In this document: piece by piece, positions 16,639-30,257 of the stretch | How the letters are laid out: the number at the start of each line of letters is the position of its first letter | How positions within the stretch are numbered: the stretch's first letter is position 1 | Assembly: GCA_951406725.2 (NCBI GenBank) | Contig: OX597841.1 | Span: 26,908,001 to 26,972,000 of the forward strand | Source of the DNA: Octopus vulgaris | Taxonomy: Eukaryota | Reading direction: 5' to 3' | Length of the DNA: 64,000 nt | Notes under the pieces: generated by a model | The model's input: only the letters and a program-made list of their open reading frames with translations | Database searches by the model: none | What the model was told of the DNA's origin: nothing | Translations under genes and position numbers: made by a program

Positions 16639-16816
16639 GTATGTATGTATATGACGGGCTTCGTTAAGTTTCCAGCTACAAGTCTGCTCGATCTGTCCCA
16701 AGATCCCAAGCAATGGGAAAGTTCCCAGAACCATGTGGTTGGGAAACAAGTTTCTCATCACAGAAACATGCTTGCGTCTTACAGAGAGAGAGGGGGGAGG
16801 AGGGGAGAGAGAGATG

Positions 16817-16889
<73 letters not shown>

Positions 16890-16940
16890 ATAGATAGATG
16901 ATAGATAGATAGAGATAGATAGATAGATAGATAGATAGTC

Positions 16941-17062
<122 letters not shown>

Positions 17063-17078
17063 ATAGATAGACAGATAT

Positions 17079-17850
17079 GTTTCTTTATTAGCCACACAGG
17101 GCTGCACACAGATAGAACAAATTACAAGGTAGAGCTTTTCTTTTGAAGGTTTAAAAAAAAAAAAAAGGAAGGGGGAGTTTCGATCAAAAGGGATCGTAAA
17201 AGGAGAGAAAGAGGACAAAAAAAGGGGTTAAAAAAAAGGGGGAGAGGAAAAAAAAAAATTTGATCAATAGGGATCGTTATCACAGAAATGTCAATATGAA
17301 GTGTAAAGGGGAGGACAGGTGAGGTTTAACCGTGGAAAGAAAAGCCTACGGAAAAGACCATGGTAACCTCGGTCAATGGAGTCACATGTTATATTTTTTT
17401 TTTTTTTTTTTTTTGCAAATAAGCAACTCTCTGTTTTCAATTTCTGGGTTCATAGGATCATGCTCAAGGTGGCTTCGTCATTCATACGTGCCATTCTTGC
17501 TACATTCACCCATCTTTTTTTAAAACATTCGCTAGACAAAACTTGCCTCTCTACTCTCACTTTCCTTTTCAAGTGGTACTTGAAGAAGTTGATGAGAGAT
17601 TGACCAGAGAGGAAAGTGTTTGTCTCCAATCCTTTCAGACGCGTCCACCAGATACATTCTTTCACCATAGCCACAAGGATGATGAAAATAGCTCTTCCTT
17701 CCCGTTTGAAGGAGGGAGGCGTGACAATATTAACGATAGACTCAGCCGATAAACCGACTCGTCCCACACGTGACAGCAGTTGTTCGACACAAGCCCACAG
17801 GTCGGAAATTGTTGGACACTGCACGAGTGCGTGCAGAACGGTTTCGTCGC
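17079..17850 (-). mobile_element. 5'-truncated Tx1/L1-clade LINE (ORF2 C-terminus plus 3'UTR) in (GATA)n
   Basis: DETVLHALVQCP (end of the CCHC knuckle)...KECIWWTR...FKKRW; 3'UTR ends with aataaagaaac; (GATA)n on both sides. Confidence 0.85.
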
Positions 17851-17854
17851 TAGG

Positions 17855-17899
<45 letters not shown>

Positions 17900-17927
17900 T
17901 TAGATATATAGATAGATAGATAGATAA

Positions 17928-18225
17928 GTTTCTTTATTGGCCACACAGGGCTGCACACAGATGGGACAAGTTACAAGGTAGAGCTTTTCTTTTGGGGGAT
18001 GAAGAGAACAAAAAACAAAAGAAAAAAAAAGGGGGTGGCGTAGGTTTTCGATCAAGTGGGATCGTAAAAGGGAAGAAAAGAACAAAAACAAAAACAAAAA
18101 AAAATTGAATAAAATAAAAAGAATAAAAAGAAAAAAAAAGGGAAAAGGAAAAGGAACAAAAGGAAAGAGAAATGAAAAATGAAGAAAAAAGGGGAAAAAA
18201 ATGGGAAGAGGAAAGAACGATCAAT

Positions 18226-18228
<3 letters not shown>
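17928..18228 (-). mobile_element. Second, 3'UTR-only copy of the same Tx1-like LINE in (GATA)n
   Basis: Shared gtttctttattggccacacagggctgcacacagat...ttacaaggtagagcttttc. Confidence 0.85.
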
Positions 18229-18271
<43 letters not shown>

Positions 18272-18811
18272 CATGCACGTACAAAGAAAGAAATCAAAAT
18301 TGCGACCCCACCCCCACTCGAGATGCTCACGCGACTCAACAATCCGCCCTCCATATTTCTTCATTTGCTTTTTATCTCAGTCTCTTTTCCTTATTTAGAA
18401 TATTATTTTATATTTTAATTTTACTTACACCTGAAATATTTAAAACATTAAAAGAAAAAAAAAATAATAATAATACATTTCAATTTTTTGCTTTTCCCTT
18501 TTCTATTTGTTTTTTTTTTTTTTTTTGCTGCTGGTGTTTTTTTTTTTTTTTTTTTTTCGTTTGCGGGTCGGGACAAACCTGCAACTTTCAGACTTATCAA
18601 CAACGGCTTCCAGCACAAACAGACACAAACAAACAAACAAACATCATTAAGAAAAAATATAAAACAAGAAAAATAATAATAAAATTTTAAAATATTGCAC
18701 TTACATTGTTTGCTTGGCCCCAAAAAAGATGCTAAGAAAACATGGGGCGGGGTGTATATAAGTGTGTGTTTGTGTGTGTATGTGTATATATATATATTTA
18801 TATATATATAA

Positions 18812-18851
<40 letters not shown>

Positions 18852-19007
18852 GTGTATATATATATATTTATATATATATAAATGTGTATATATATATATA
18901 TATATATACATATATAAATGTGTATATATATATATATATATATAGATAGATATATATATACATACATATGTGCGTGTAAAAATATATATATATATATATA
19001 TACATAC

Positions 19008-19042
<35 letters not shown>

Positions 19043-19087
19043 CATATATATATAGATAGATATATATATACATACATATATATGTGC

Positions 19088-19154
<67 letters not shown>

Positions 19155-19610
19155 CATATATGTATAAGTATGTATATATATGTATGTATTATGTATGGAG
19201 TGGTGGTGGTGTGTACGGACATTGATGTTGGGGAGTGGTGGGGAAAAATATTTTGGCAATAATTTTGGTTACATCCTATGAGAAGTTGACCTCTGGTCAG
19301 GGGGATGAAGAGGACGAGAGAAGGGGAGGAGAGGTGGAGAAGAACGGAGGAGGGAGACGGAAGGAAGGATGGCGTAGGGGGTGGATGTGGTGGAGGCGGC
19401 GATGAGTAGGTGGTAGATACGTGGACGAGAGAGGGGAAGAAGGAGCAAGGGGAGGAGGTTGGGGAACGGTAAAAAGAAGTGGTGGTGGTGGTGGTGGTGG
19501 TGTTGGTGCCGGGGAACAAGGGGTCAGTAGAAAAATTGTGGGTGAGGTTAGGTGGGATACTTGAAGGAGGTGAGATCAGAACAGAATATATATATATATA
19601 TACATACATG

Positions 19611-19643
<33 letters not shown>

Positions 19644-20022
19644 ACATACATATACATATACATATATATATATACATATACATATATATACATACATATA
19701 CATATATATACATACATATACATATATATACATACATATACATATATATACATACATATACATATATATACATACATATACATATATATACATACATATA
19801 TATATATATATATATGTATATGTATGTATATATATATATGTATGTATAGATATATGTATATATATATGTATGTATGTATGTATAAAAGGTAATGGTTGGA
19901 TTGATTGAAGGGCGGTGCCAGTGGTGGGGACGGGGGCTGGCTGGAGGAGAGGAGCTAGTATCGCGGTGGTTGCCTTGATGGTGTCGATGGTACAAGCTGG
20001 CATCAGTCAAACAGTTGAAAGT

Positions 20023-20062
20023 ACTTACCTGGAAAGAGAAAGAAAAAAACAAAAGGAAATGT
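20023..20062 (-). promoter_or_regulatory. Candidate recursive splice site (3' splice site directly followed by a 5' splice site)
   Basis: Minus strand catttccttttgtttttttctttctctttcCAG|GTAAGTA. Confidence 0.55.
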
Positions 20063-20212
20063 AAAAATGTATTTATAAACAGATCTATCAATATATATAC
20101 ACACATAGCTATATATACATACATACATATATATATGTATATATATTTATATATACATATATATATATATACATACATATCTATACATATGTACACACAC
20201 ACACACACATAT

Positions 20213-20253
<41 letters not shown>

Positions 20254-20340
20254 TATACACATATATATACATACATATATATACATATATATATACATAT
20301 ATATATACATATATATACATATATATATACATATATATAC

Positions 20341-20383
<43 letters not shown>

Positions 20384-20748
20384 TATACATATATATATAC
20401 ATATATATACATATATATACATATATATACATATATATATATATACATATATATACATATATATATATATATATACATATATATACATATATATACATAT
20501 ATATATATATATATGTGGATAAATCTCCACTCTCCTTTTCGTTTCTCAATTATATCCTTAAAATCCTTAAATCCTTAAAAATGTTTCAGCCCGAAAGATA
20601 TTTTTTTTTCATAGCGTTTTTCTGATGGCCGGATAATTGGAAAGATGGCGGCGTGGATTTCCACTTCGGCATCCGAAACTCGGAGTTTTATCTTGGTTAC
20701 CGAATAATTGTCACATATTACATTTACATATACATACATACATATATA

Positions 20749-20844
<96 letters not shown>

Positions 20845-21209
20845 AGTAATTAAATGAATTATCTTATTAAGGATAATTCGAAAGATAACCGATACCTGGG
20901 TAGCAAATTCACATCAGAAAGAACACGGTTGAAGCTACGTCCCTAGGGCATAGACTACGTGTCTTCGTGCGGAAATTTAAAGAAATCATTTAAACCCACC
21001 ATTCTTTTGACCTGCACTCTCTCACCTTACTATTCTTATGCCTCCCTCCTCCTACTTCGTTTGAACTCTTGAACCTTTAGAAACTTCTAGATTCTTCTAC
21101 ATTCAGCCACTCTGACGTTACTCATTATAAAGAGACACTCATTATCGCCATGGGCTCCTTAAGAGCGGTCAGCTAAAAGTTTTTTGTGCATTTTGATGTC
21201 GACATAAGT

Positions 21210-21306
21210 TCCTTGATTTTCCTGATGAGAAATCTGCATAATGTACTCCTTATTCCTTCGGAATTAGGAATATGCAGCCTTCGAAACATATGTCGAGAAT
21301 AAAGGA
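21210..21306 (+). ncRNA. Type I hammerhead ribozyme motif (Penelope-like), canonical core
   Basis: Stem I tccttgattttc/gagaataaagga; CTGATGA 21222-28; stem II gaa..ctgcata/tatgcag..ttc; GAAAC-ATAT-GTC with palindromic stem III; predicted cleavage after C21294. Confidence 0.85.
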
Positions 21307-21447
21307 TATTTGTTAACTAGTCGTTCAACTCCATTCTTTCATATACTTATATATATATATATATAAAATCAAAATAAGCAACAGGATCTCAAAAAGTGAT
21401 GCAGTACGACCGTTTCAAGCAGCTCCATTTAGTTGAACAATGCAATC

Positions 21448-21525
<78 letters not shown>

Positions 21526-21802
21526 ATGTTCATAAATTATCTTTAAAGATCTCGCAATTTATTTTATTTATTAAATTTGAGTGTGGTATGACTGAGGTAG
21601 ATTTGGCTGCTATTTCTAGCAGATTTCCATGTGAAATTGTGAAATAAATATTATTCAAGTTTTGATTTAAGTATCAATATTTATGATTTAATATTTTAAT
21701 CAGTTTCCTTTGTCTTTAAAGGTGTTTCTGATTTCCTTATATTACCTTTTTGTTAACGTATTATTGAAACTGTAAATATAATTCATGGACACTCTGATTT
21801 CG

Positions 21803-21843
<41 letters not shown>

Positions 21844-22337
21844 GTCTTTCTATCTGTCTGTCTGTCTATTTATCTATATCCTGTTAAAGATAGATCCATG
21901 TTGATCCGAGTGAGGTTAAATTCATGAGAATATATCCAGCAGCCTTTTGAAAGCAAAGAATAGAACGTCCGTGCGCTGATATTTCTTCGAGGTCTAGCTA
22001 CCTCCTTGGCTCATTCATACATACGTAAAACAGTATGGAATGGCATAGAGGAAGATTTGGCTACTATTTCGAGCAGGCCTCGCTATCAAGAAGATGTCTC
22101 ACTCATTGACTCATATATATATATTTATTGTCCACAAGGAGCTAAACATAGAGGGGACAAACATGGACAGACATAGGTATTAAGTCGATTACATCGACCA
22201 GTGCATAACTGGTACTTAATTCATAGACCCCGAAAGGATGAAAGACAAAGTCGACCACGACGGAATTTGAACTCGGAACGTAGCGGCGGACGTAGCGCCC
22301 GGCGTGCTAACGTTTCTGCCAGCTCGCCGCCTTGTAC

Positions 22338-22383
<46 letters not shown>

Positions 22384-22390
22384 GCGTGTG

Positions 22391-22640
22391 TGGAGGCGCG
22401 TGGCTTAGTCGTTAGGGTGTCAGCATCATGATTGTAAGATTGTGGTTTCGATTCCTGGACCGGGCGACGCGTTGTGTTCTTGAGCAAAACACTTCATTTC
22501 ACGTTGCTCCAGTCCACTCAGCTGGCAAAAATGAGTAACGCTGCGATGGACTAGCGTCCCGTCCAGCTGGGGAACACATACGCCATTGAAACCGGAAAAC
22601 TGGGCCCTTGAGTCTCGCTAGACTTGAAAAGGGCTTATTT
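22391..22640 (+). mobile_element. tRNA-derived SINE family C (V-domain-like); second copy at 36328-36590
   Basis: tggcttagtcgttagg and ggtttcgattcc boxes; ctgcgatggactagcgtcccgtccag. Confidence 0.8.
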
Positions 22641-22737
22641 ATTATTTTATATATATATATATGGATGTCTATATATCTACCTTTTCTATAATGTTGCCAC
22701 TTGATATGAAAATTTGTGTATTAATGGAAAACCTCTA

Positions 22738-22830
22738 TAATTGGCTGATGAGTGCTCAGCATTTTAAATCTGTTGTAATACTTACAACATTTAATAAAAT
22801 GATATAGTACGAAACGATCGTACCAAATTA
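22738..22830 (+). ncRNA. Type I hammerhead ribozyme motif, canonical core, extended stem II
   Basis: taattgg-CTGATGA-GTGCT...tgttgtaa/ttacaaca...AGTAC-GAAAC-GATC-GTA-ccaaatta; predicted cleavage after A22822. Confidence 0.88.
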
Positions 22831-23589
22831 CCGGAGTCATTCTTGTTGCTTATTTTGATTATATATATATACACACACACATAAGATAGTGTGGTATGAC
22901 TTTGAGAAAGACATGGCTGCTATTTCTGCCAGGTATGGCTACCATATAAAGTTCTCTTCTCAGTGGCTCATACATTACATATATATATATACATAAGACA
23001 GTGTGGTGTGACTTTGAGGTAGATTTGGCTGTTATTTCTAGCAGGTTTAGCTACCATACAGGGGTCAATTTGTTGGCTCGAACAACATATTTGAGAACGA
23101 ATAAGTTTTTCTTTGTATTTCGTATGAAGCTCTACGTGTCCGACCGCCTGCGCTCGCATGTATATACATGTACGTATGGCTGTATGAGTGTTTGTGTGGT
23201 TGTGTGCGTGTGGCTTCGTTTTATGACGGACGACCGATAGTTGGAAAGAAGCCAGGTTCGATCTACGACTTAACACCTATCAGCAAACATTCTATTTTGA
23301 TTAAGCTCGTAAGAAACCTATTGGGAAATAAGATGCAGGGGTGGGCAGGGGCGGGTGGTTGCGGTACGCTGCGAGTTGGTCAGCGGTGGTGGTATGGATG
23401 GATATCGGCCTGTGTGGTTGTGGAGGTGTTGGGAGCTGTGTGGACGGGGCTTCGGTGCTCGTGCCGGGATGTTTCTGGTGTGTGGCGTAAGAGTGGTGTA
23501 GCAAGAGCAGTTGTGGCGTGGAGTAGTGTGTGTGTGAGAGAGAAAGAGAAAGAGAGAGAGAGCTCTCCTTTCGCCACATAACTAAATCT

Positions 23590-24129
23590 CAGCAAAGATT
23601 CCCACCACCACCACCACTATCAACAACACCAACTACTACACCAACACCGCCACACCTTAGTCACATCTACTACTGCTCACTGCAGCCACCACCGATAGCA
23701 CCATCACTACCACAACCACTCCCACCATCACCTCCATCACTACGATCGTCACACCGCAACCAGCATCACCACCACCAGTAAGGCAACATCATCACTACCA
23801 CCATCACCACCGCGACACCATCACGACCGGTATCATTGCAGGCCACCACCACCGACAACAACAAAATGATCCTACCACAATCACCATCGCCCCGCCACCA
23901 CCACGCCACCACCACCACCGCTGTCGTCGTCGACGTCACCGCTACCATTATTACCAAATCACAAAATCGCCACCACCACCACCACCATCGCCCCTACAGT
24001 CAACCCCACCGCCACCTTAATCACACCTAGCACTGACCGTCGTAGCAGCGGGTAACACCACCCCAAACTACCGCCTAAACCATCACCACTACACCTACTA
24101 TCACCTCAACGCCTCTCCAAAATGATCGT

Positions 24130-24170
<41 letters not shown>

Positions 24171-24760
24171 TCATCACCACCACCACATCACCACTACAAC
24201 TACCAGTACCACTACTACTATCACCACCACATCACCATCACCACTGCAACCACCAGTACCACTACTACTACTACTACAATGACCACCACATCATCACCAC
24301 TAAAACCACCAGTACCACTACTACTACACACCACCATTACCATTACTACTATCACCACCACATCACCATCACCACTACAACCACCAGTACCACTACCAGT
24401 ACAACCACCAGTACCACTACTACTACTACCACCACCACCACTACTACTATGACCACCACCACATCACCACTACAACCACCAGTACCACTACTACTATCAC
24501 CAGTACCACTTCTACTACCACCACCACCACAACCACCAGTACCGCTACTACTACTAATACCACCACCATTACCACCACGACTACTACTATCACCACCGTT
24601 ACAACTACCACCATCACTACTACTGCCACCACCACCATCATAACGATCACCTTCCTTAACAACACCACCGCAAATATCATCATCATCAACTACTACTCTA
24701 CCACCTTAGGAGAACAACCATCAGCACTAGTTTCGCCACCACCACTACCTTCAACTCTGG
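23590..24760. repeat. Degenerate (ACC/ACT/ATC)n trinucleotide tract
   Basis: Direct reading. Confidence 0.9.
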
Positions 24761-24803
24761 CCAACAATGATGGCCGCTACAAATACGAATATAATAATAA
24801 TAA

Positions 24804-25334
24804 ATACCAGGCAGTGGCTCTCATGGCTTCTGATCTTAACTGATTGGAAGTGTTATCATGTACATTGTTTTGTGTTGGTATAAAAGATGGGCTACAGCAA
24901 ATATTCTGCTCAATACCACAGAATTGCTTGTCAGGTGTTTGACCTTAACCAGTTGATTATGTCCCTTAGTGGCTAAAGATGTGTGCATCTCTGATCAGGA
25001 GCAGAAGTAGTGGGGGAGCATCATAGCCATGTGTTGAGAGGGATTCTTTGGGGTTTGAATAATTCACCTCTGGAAACATGGGTGGTTCTTTCATCATCCT
25101 TAAACAAACCTTATTCAGGAACCTTTTGAGAGGGATGGGCTACTCGCCTTGAAGAAAATTTTAACTGGGCCCCACCTGCAAGGTCATGTGCTGTTTATCT
25201 TGATATAAGCTTACCACATATGGTTGTGATGCATGCACCCGGTGTACACTAATGAGACTGGTGTACCCTTATCAGACTAGGCTTCGTATATTTGTACCCC
25301 AGTGTCTCTTTGATGACATGCGCTGCTCTCTCGC

Positions 25335-25337
<3 letters not shown>
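24804..25337 (+). mobile_element. Family F ~530-bp non-autonomous element flanked by (TAA)n
   Basis: Three copies in the window; no ORF and no tRNA head recognised. Confidence 0.8.
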
Positions 25338-25394
<57 letters not shown>

Positions 25395-25398
<4 letters not shown>

Positions 25399-25862
25399 AA
25401 GACCAAAACAATAAAGTTTGCTTATTGATCGACATGAGCATCCCCTGTGATCATAATATCTCAGCGAAAGAGTTTGACAAACTCAGAAAATATAAAGACC
25501 TACTCATTGAAATTGAGAAAATGTGGCATCTCAAGGCGGTTACAATATCAGAGATCGTAGGAGCACTAGGAATGATCAAGAAGGGAACCGAAAATTATAT
25601 GAGAATGATCCCTGGCTTACCATCCCTGCAAGAAGTGCAAAAGATTGTCTTAACTGGTACATCACACGTATTGAGAAGAACATTGTCGATGTGAGAATTA
25701 TTACTACCCATGTATTTTAATTTAACTTAAAAGAAAAAAAAATGAACGAACTATTGAGTTTAGTCTAATGGCCTACCAATGTATACTATGAGTTTCTTTG
25801 CCCTAGGAGTCGGGAAGACACTCGGCAAGAAATGGAAGCAAATTTGAAAGAAGAAAAAAAAA
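25395..25862 (+). mobile_element. 3' end of an R4/Dong-like RLE retrotransposon in (TAA)n
   Basis: CLLIDMSIP...KEFDKLRKYKDL..EIEKMW...IVGALG...QKIVLTGTSHVLRR, then a 3'UTR; (TAA)n on both sides. Confidence 0.85.
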
Positions 25863-25900
<38 letters not shown>

Positions 25901-26150
25901 AACAATAATAGGATTAATAATAATAACAATAACAATAATAATGATGATGATGATAATCCAATTTAGGAACAAGGCCAGCAATGTTAGAGGAGGTGAGTGT
26001 CAGTCGATATATAATCGATAACAGTACTCGTGATTTGTTTATATTGAACACCTATTTATTTATTTTGATTTTAATAAATAATAATGATGATGATGATAAT
26101 GAGGATTTCATAATTCAATGTTTTTTACAGAAACAAACAAGAATATCGGA

Positions 26151-26197
<47 letters not shown>

Positions 26198-26773
26198 TGT
26201 GTGTGTGTGGGTGTGTGTGTATTCAATAATTTGTAAGTGTATGTGATAGTGTAAGTATCCGTGTGCCTCTCTACGTATACACACACACACAACAACACAC
26301 ACACTAACAACCACACATATGACCACACACAACCACACACACATGTATGTTTTTTTACTTTCTTTTACCGGTTTCAGTCATTTGACTGCGGCCATGATGG
26401 AGCACCACCTTAAGGGGTCTTATATATTCGGCGGGCTTCTTTCAGTTTCCGTCTACCATATCTACTCACAAGGCTTTGGTACGCCCGAGGCTATCGTAGA
26501 ATACACTCACCCAAGGTGCCACGCAGTGGGACTGAACCCGGAAACATGTGGTTGGGAAACAAGTTTCTTACCGTACAATGTGTGTGCATGTATGTACTTA
26601 TCATTCTTGAAGGGTGAGAAAAGTTGTTGATAAACATCTATGCTTTCCTCCCATAAACAAACAAACAACTTGATAAATAAATAACAGAAGACTTAATAAT
26701 ATCTCCATCGATTTTTAATAAGTCAATTTCTTCATTTATATTTACTTATTAAATTAACATCATCCCTCTCTAT

Positions 26774-26820
26774 AATCAGAAACAGGCTGTTTCGGAAATT
26801 TCATTCCCTCATCAGGGATT
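26774..26820 (-). ncRNA. Hammerhead motif with degenerate stem I
   Basis: aatcc-CTGATGA-G-GGAA-tgaaat-TTCC-GAAAC-AGCCT-GTT-tctgatt. Confidence 0.55.
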
Positions 26821-27307
26821 CTAAATACACACACAAACGCAAAAGGGTTACGAAAAGCAGATAAAAAATATTTGCTATGACTGATATATCGACATATTTC
26901 TATACTTTTTTTCTTTTCTTTCTATTTTGACTCATAAATTAAAAAAAAAATTTAACGATAAAAGAAGTTGAAAATATTTAAGGAATAATTTTTTAAATAT
27001 TAATGAAGCTGATTAAACTGATAAACTAGATAAAGTTCTGCATTCATTCTAAGTCACACAGTCGCACAGTCATATACATATTACATCAGAGACTTCGTGG
27101 AATGTTTTCAGAGCCAACACAAAATTTATTTTCTTTACCCAGTTTTTTTACAATCCATAACAGGTCGTCTTTTCGTAAATATTTTCGTAAATATGGTGGC
27201 ATAAGGACACGAGACGTTATTGCGTTAAACTAACTCAGCCTGGTGATTTTGAGTTTCACGCTGTAACCACTGAGCCAAACACGTTTACTAAAAACACACA
27301 CACATAC

Positions 27308-27691
27308 TTGAAGCACTCCGTCGGTTACTACGACGAGGGTTCCGGTTGATCCGAATCAACGGAACAGCCTGCTCGTGAAATTAACGTGTAAGTGGCTGAG
27401 CACTCCACAGACACGTGCACCCTTAACGTAGTTCTCGGGGTTATTCAGCGTGACACAGAGAGTGACAAGACCGGCCCTTTGAAATACAAGTACAACAGAA
27501 ACAGGAAGTAAGAGTGAGAGAAAGTTGTGGTGAAAGAGTACAGCAGGGATCACCACCATCCCCTGCCGGAGCCTCGTGAAGCTTTTAGGTGTTTTCGCTC
27601 AATAAACACTCACAACGCCCGGTTTGGGAATCGAAACCGCGATCCTATGACCGCGAGTCCGCTGCCCTAACCACTGGGCCATTGCGTCTCC
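27308..27691 (-). mobile_element. tRNA-derived SINE family E with an alternative 3' half
   Basis: Head matches the 4345 copy; tail ...ccctcgtcgtagtaaccgacggagtgcttcaa. Confidence 0.8.
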
Positions 27692-27869
27692 ACATACACA
27701 CACACAGATAGACATCAGACAGATTGTTAGAGACCTGTATTCTAAACATACATATAGACATATATGTATAGACTGAACCCCGAACCATGTGGTTGGTAAG
27801 CAAGATACACAGAAACATACAGACATATGTTCATCTGTAGATACATACATAAATTCACACACACATATA

Positions 27870-27914
<45 letters not shown>

Positions 27915-28371
27915 GCACTTAAACACACACATACATATCTATAGAACCATATAACAGTGCATACAAGAAAACGAAACATCCTGCTTGCTCACAAACCATA
28001 CAAATACTACACACACACACCTAAATGCTTCCACAGAGCCCAGTACCCAGTACCTAGCACCACCCCAAGCCCAGCACGCCCATCCTATAACCCATCCAAC
28101 ACCCACCCGTTTGATACCCGACGTAAACATTCTCTCCACCCAAACAACAACCGTACGAAAAAAAAAGAAAAAAAAGATGCTATTGTGTTACACTCCTCTG
28201 GAATTCCTGCCTACATTTAACCATTCTCTCCACGGAGCTCTTTCACTCTCTCGGTTCATATTCGATTCTCATTGTTGTTGCAACAAGAGATACTGTTGTT
28301 GTTGTTGTTGTTGTTGAGTTTGTTATTTCTAGCATGTCTAGCTACCACGTAGAGGTCTCCCTCGTTGTCTC

Positions 28372-29918
28372 AGGGTGTGATATGAGGGACATTTGGCTGC
28401 TATTTCAAGCGGGCGTAGCTACCTTGTAGAGGTCTTCGACATAGGCTCATTCATACATATATACGTACACAAGAGGGTAGGGTGTGATATGAGGGACACC
28501 TGGCTGCTATTTCTAGCGGGTGTAGCTACCTCGTAGAGGTCTTCGACATTGGCTCATTCATACATATATACGTACACAAGAGAGTAGGGTGTGATATGAG
28601 GGACACTTGGCTGCTATTTCAAGCGGGCGTAGCTACCTTGTAGAGGTCTTCGACATTGGCTCATTCATACATATATACGTACACAAGAGAGTAGGGTGTG
28701 ATATGAGGGACACTTGGCTGCTATTTCAAGCGGGCGTAGCTACCTTGTAGAGGTCTTCGACATTGGCTCATTCATACATATATACGTACACAAGAGAGTA
28801 GGGTGTGATACGAGGGACACCTGGCTGCTATTTCTAGCGGGTGTAGCTACCTCGTAGAGGTCTTCGACATTGGCTCATTCATACATATATACGTACACAA
28901 GAGAGTAGGGTGTGATACGAGGGACACCTGGCTGCTATTTCAAGCGGGCGTAGCTACCTTGTAGAGGTCTTCGACATTGGCTCATTCATACATATATACG
29001 TACACAAGAGAGTAGGGTGTGATACGAGGGACACTTGGCTGCTATTTCAAGCGGGCGTAGCTACCTTGTAGAGGTCTTCGACATTGGCTCATTCATACAT
29101 ATATACGTACACAAGAGAGTAGGGTGTGATATGAGGGACATTTGGCTGCTATTTCAAGCGGGTGTAGCTACCTTGTAGAGGTCTTCGACATTGGCTCATT
29201 CATACATATATACGTACACAAGAGAGTAGGGTGTGATACGAGGGACACCTGGCTGCTATTTCAAGCGGGCGTAGCTACCTTGTAGAGGTCTTCGACATTG
29301 GCTCATTCATACATATATACGTACACAAGAGAGTAGGGTGTGATATGAGGGACATCTGGCTGCTATTTCTAGCGGGCGTAGCTACCTTGTAGAGGTCTTC
29401 GACATTGGCTCATTCATACATATATACGTACACAAGAGAGTAGGGTGTGATATGAGGGACATTTGGCTGCTATTTCAAGCGGGTGTAGCTACCTTGTAGA
29501 GGTCTTCGACATAGGCTCATTCATACATATATACGTACACAAGAGAGTAGGGTGTGATATGAGGGACATTTGGCTGCTATTTCAAGCGGGTGTAGCTACC
29601 TTGTAGAGGTCTTCGACATTGGCTCATTCATACATATATACGTACACAAGAGAGTAGGGTGTGATACGAGGGACATCTGGCTGCTATTTCTAGCGGGCGT
29701 AGCTACATTGTAGAGGTCTTCGACATTGGCTCATTCATACATATATACGTACACAAGAGAGTAGGGTGTGATACGAGGGACATCTGGCTGCTATTTCTAG
29801 CGGGCGTAGCTACATTGTAGAGGTCTTCGACATTGGCTCATTCATACATATATACGTACACAAGAGAGTAGGGTGTGATATGAGGGACATTTGGCTGCAA
29901 TTTCAAGCGGGTGTAGCT
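28372..29918 (+). repeat. Homogeneous tandem array of 14 full 107-bp units plus a partial unit
   Basis: agggtgtgat starts at 28372, 28479, 28586 ... 29870 (period 107). Confidence 0.97.
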
Positions 29919-29919
29919 A

Positions 29920-30257
<338 letters not shown>

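Noticed and set aside
23530-24689. Pro/Thr/His-rich mucin-like ORFs (also 56881-57423)
   Set aside because: Trinucleotide low complexity with no domain or splice support
28372-29918. CRISPR-like regular array
   Set aside because: No unique spacers, no cas genes, eukaryotic context
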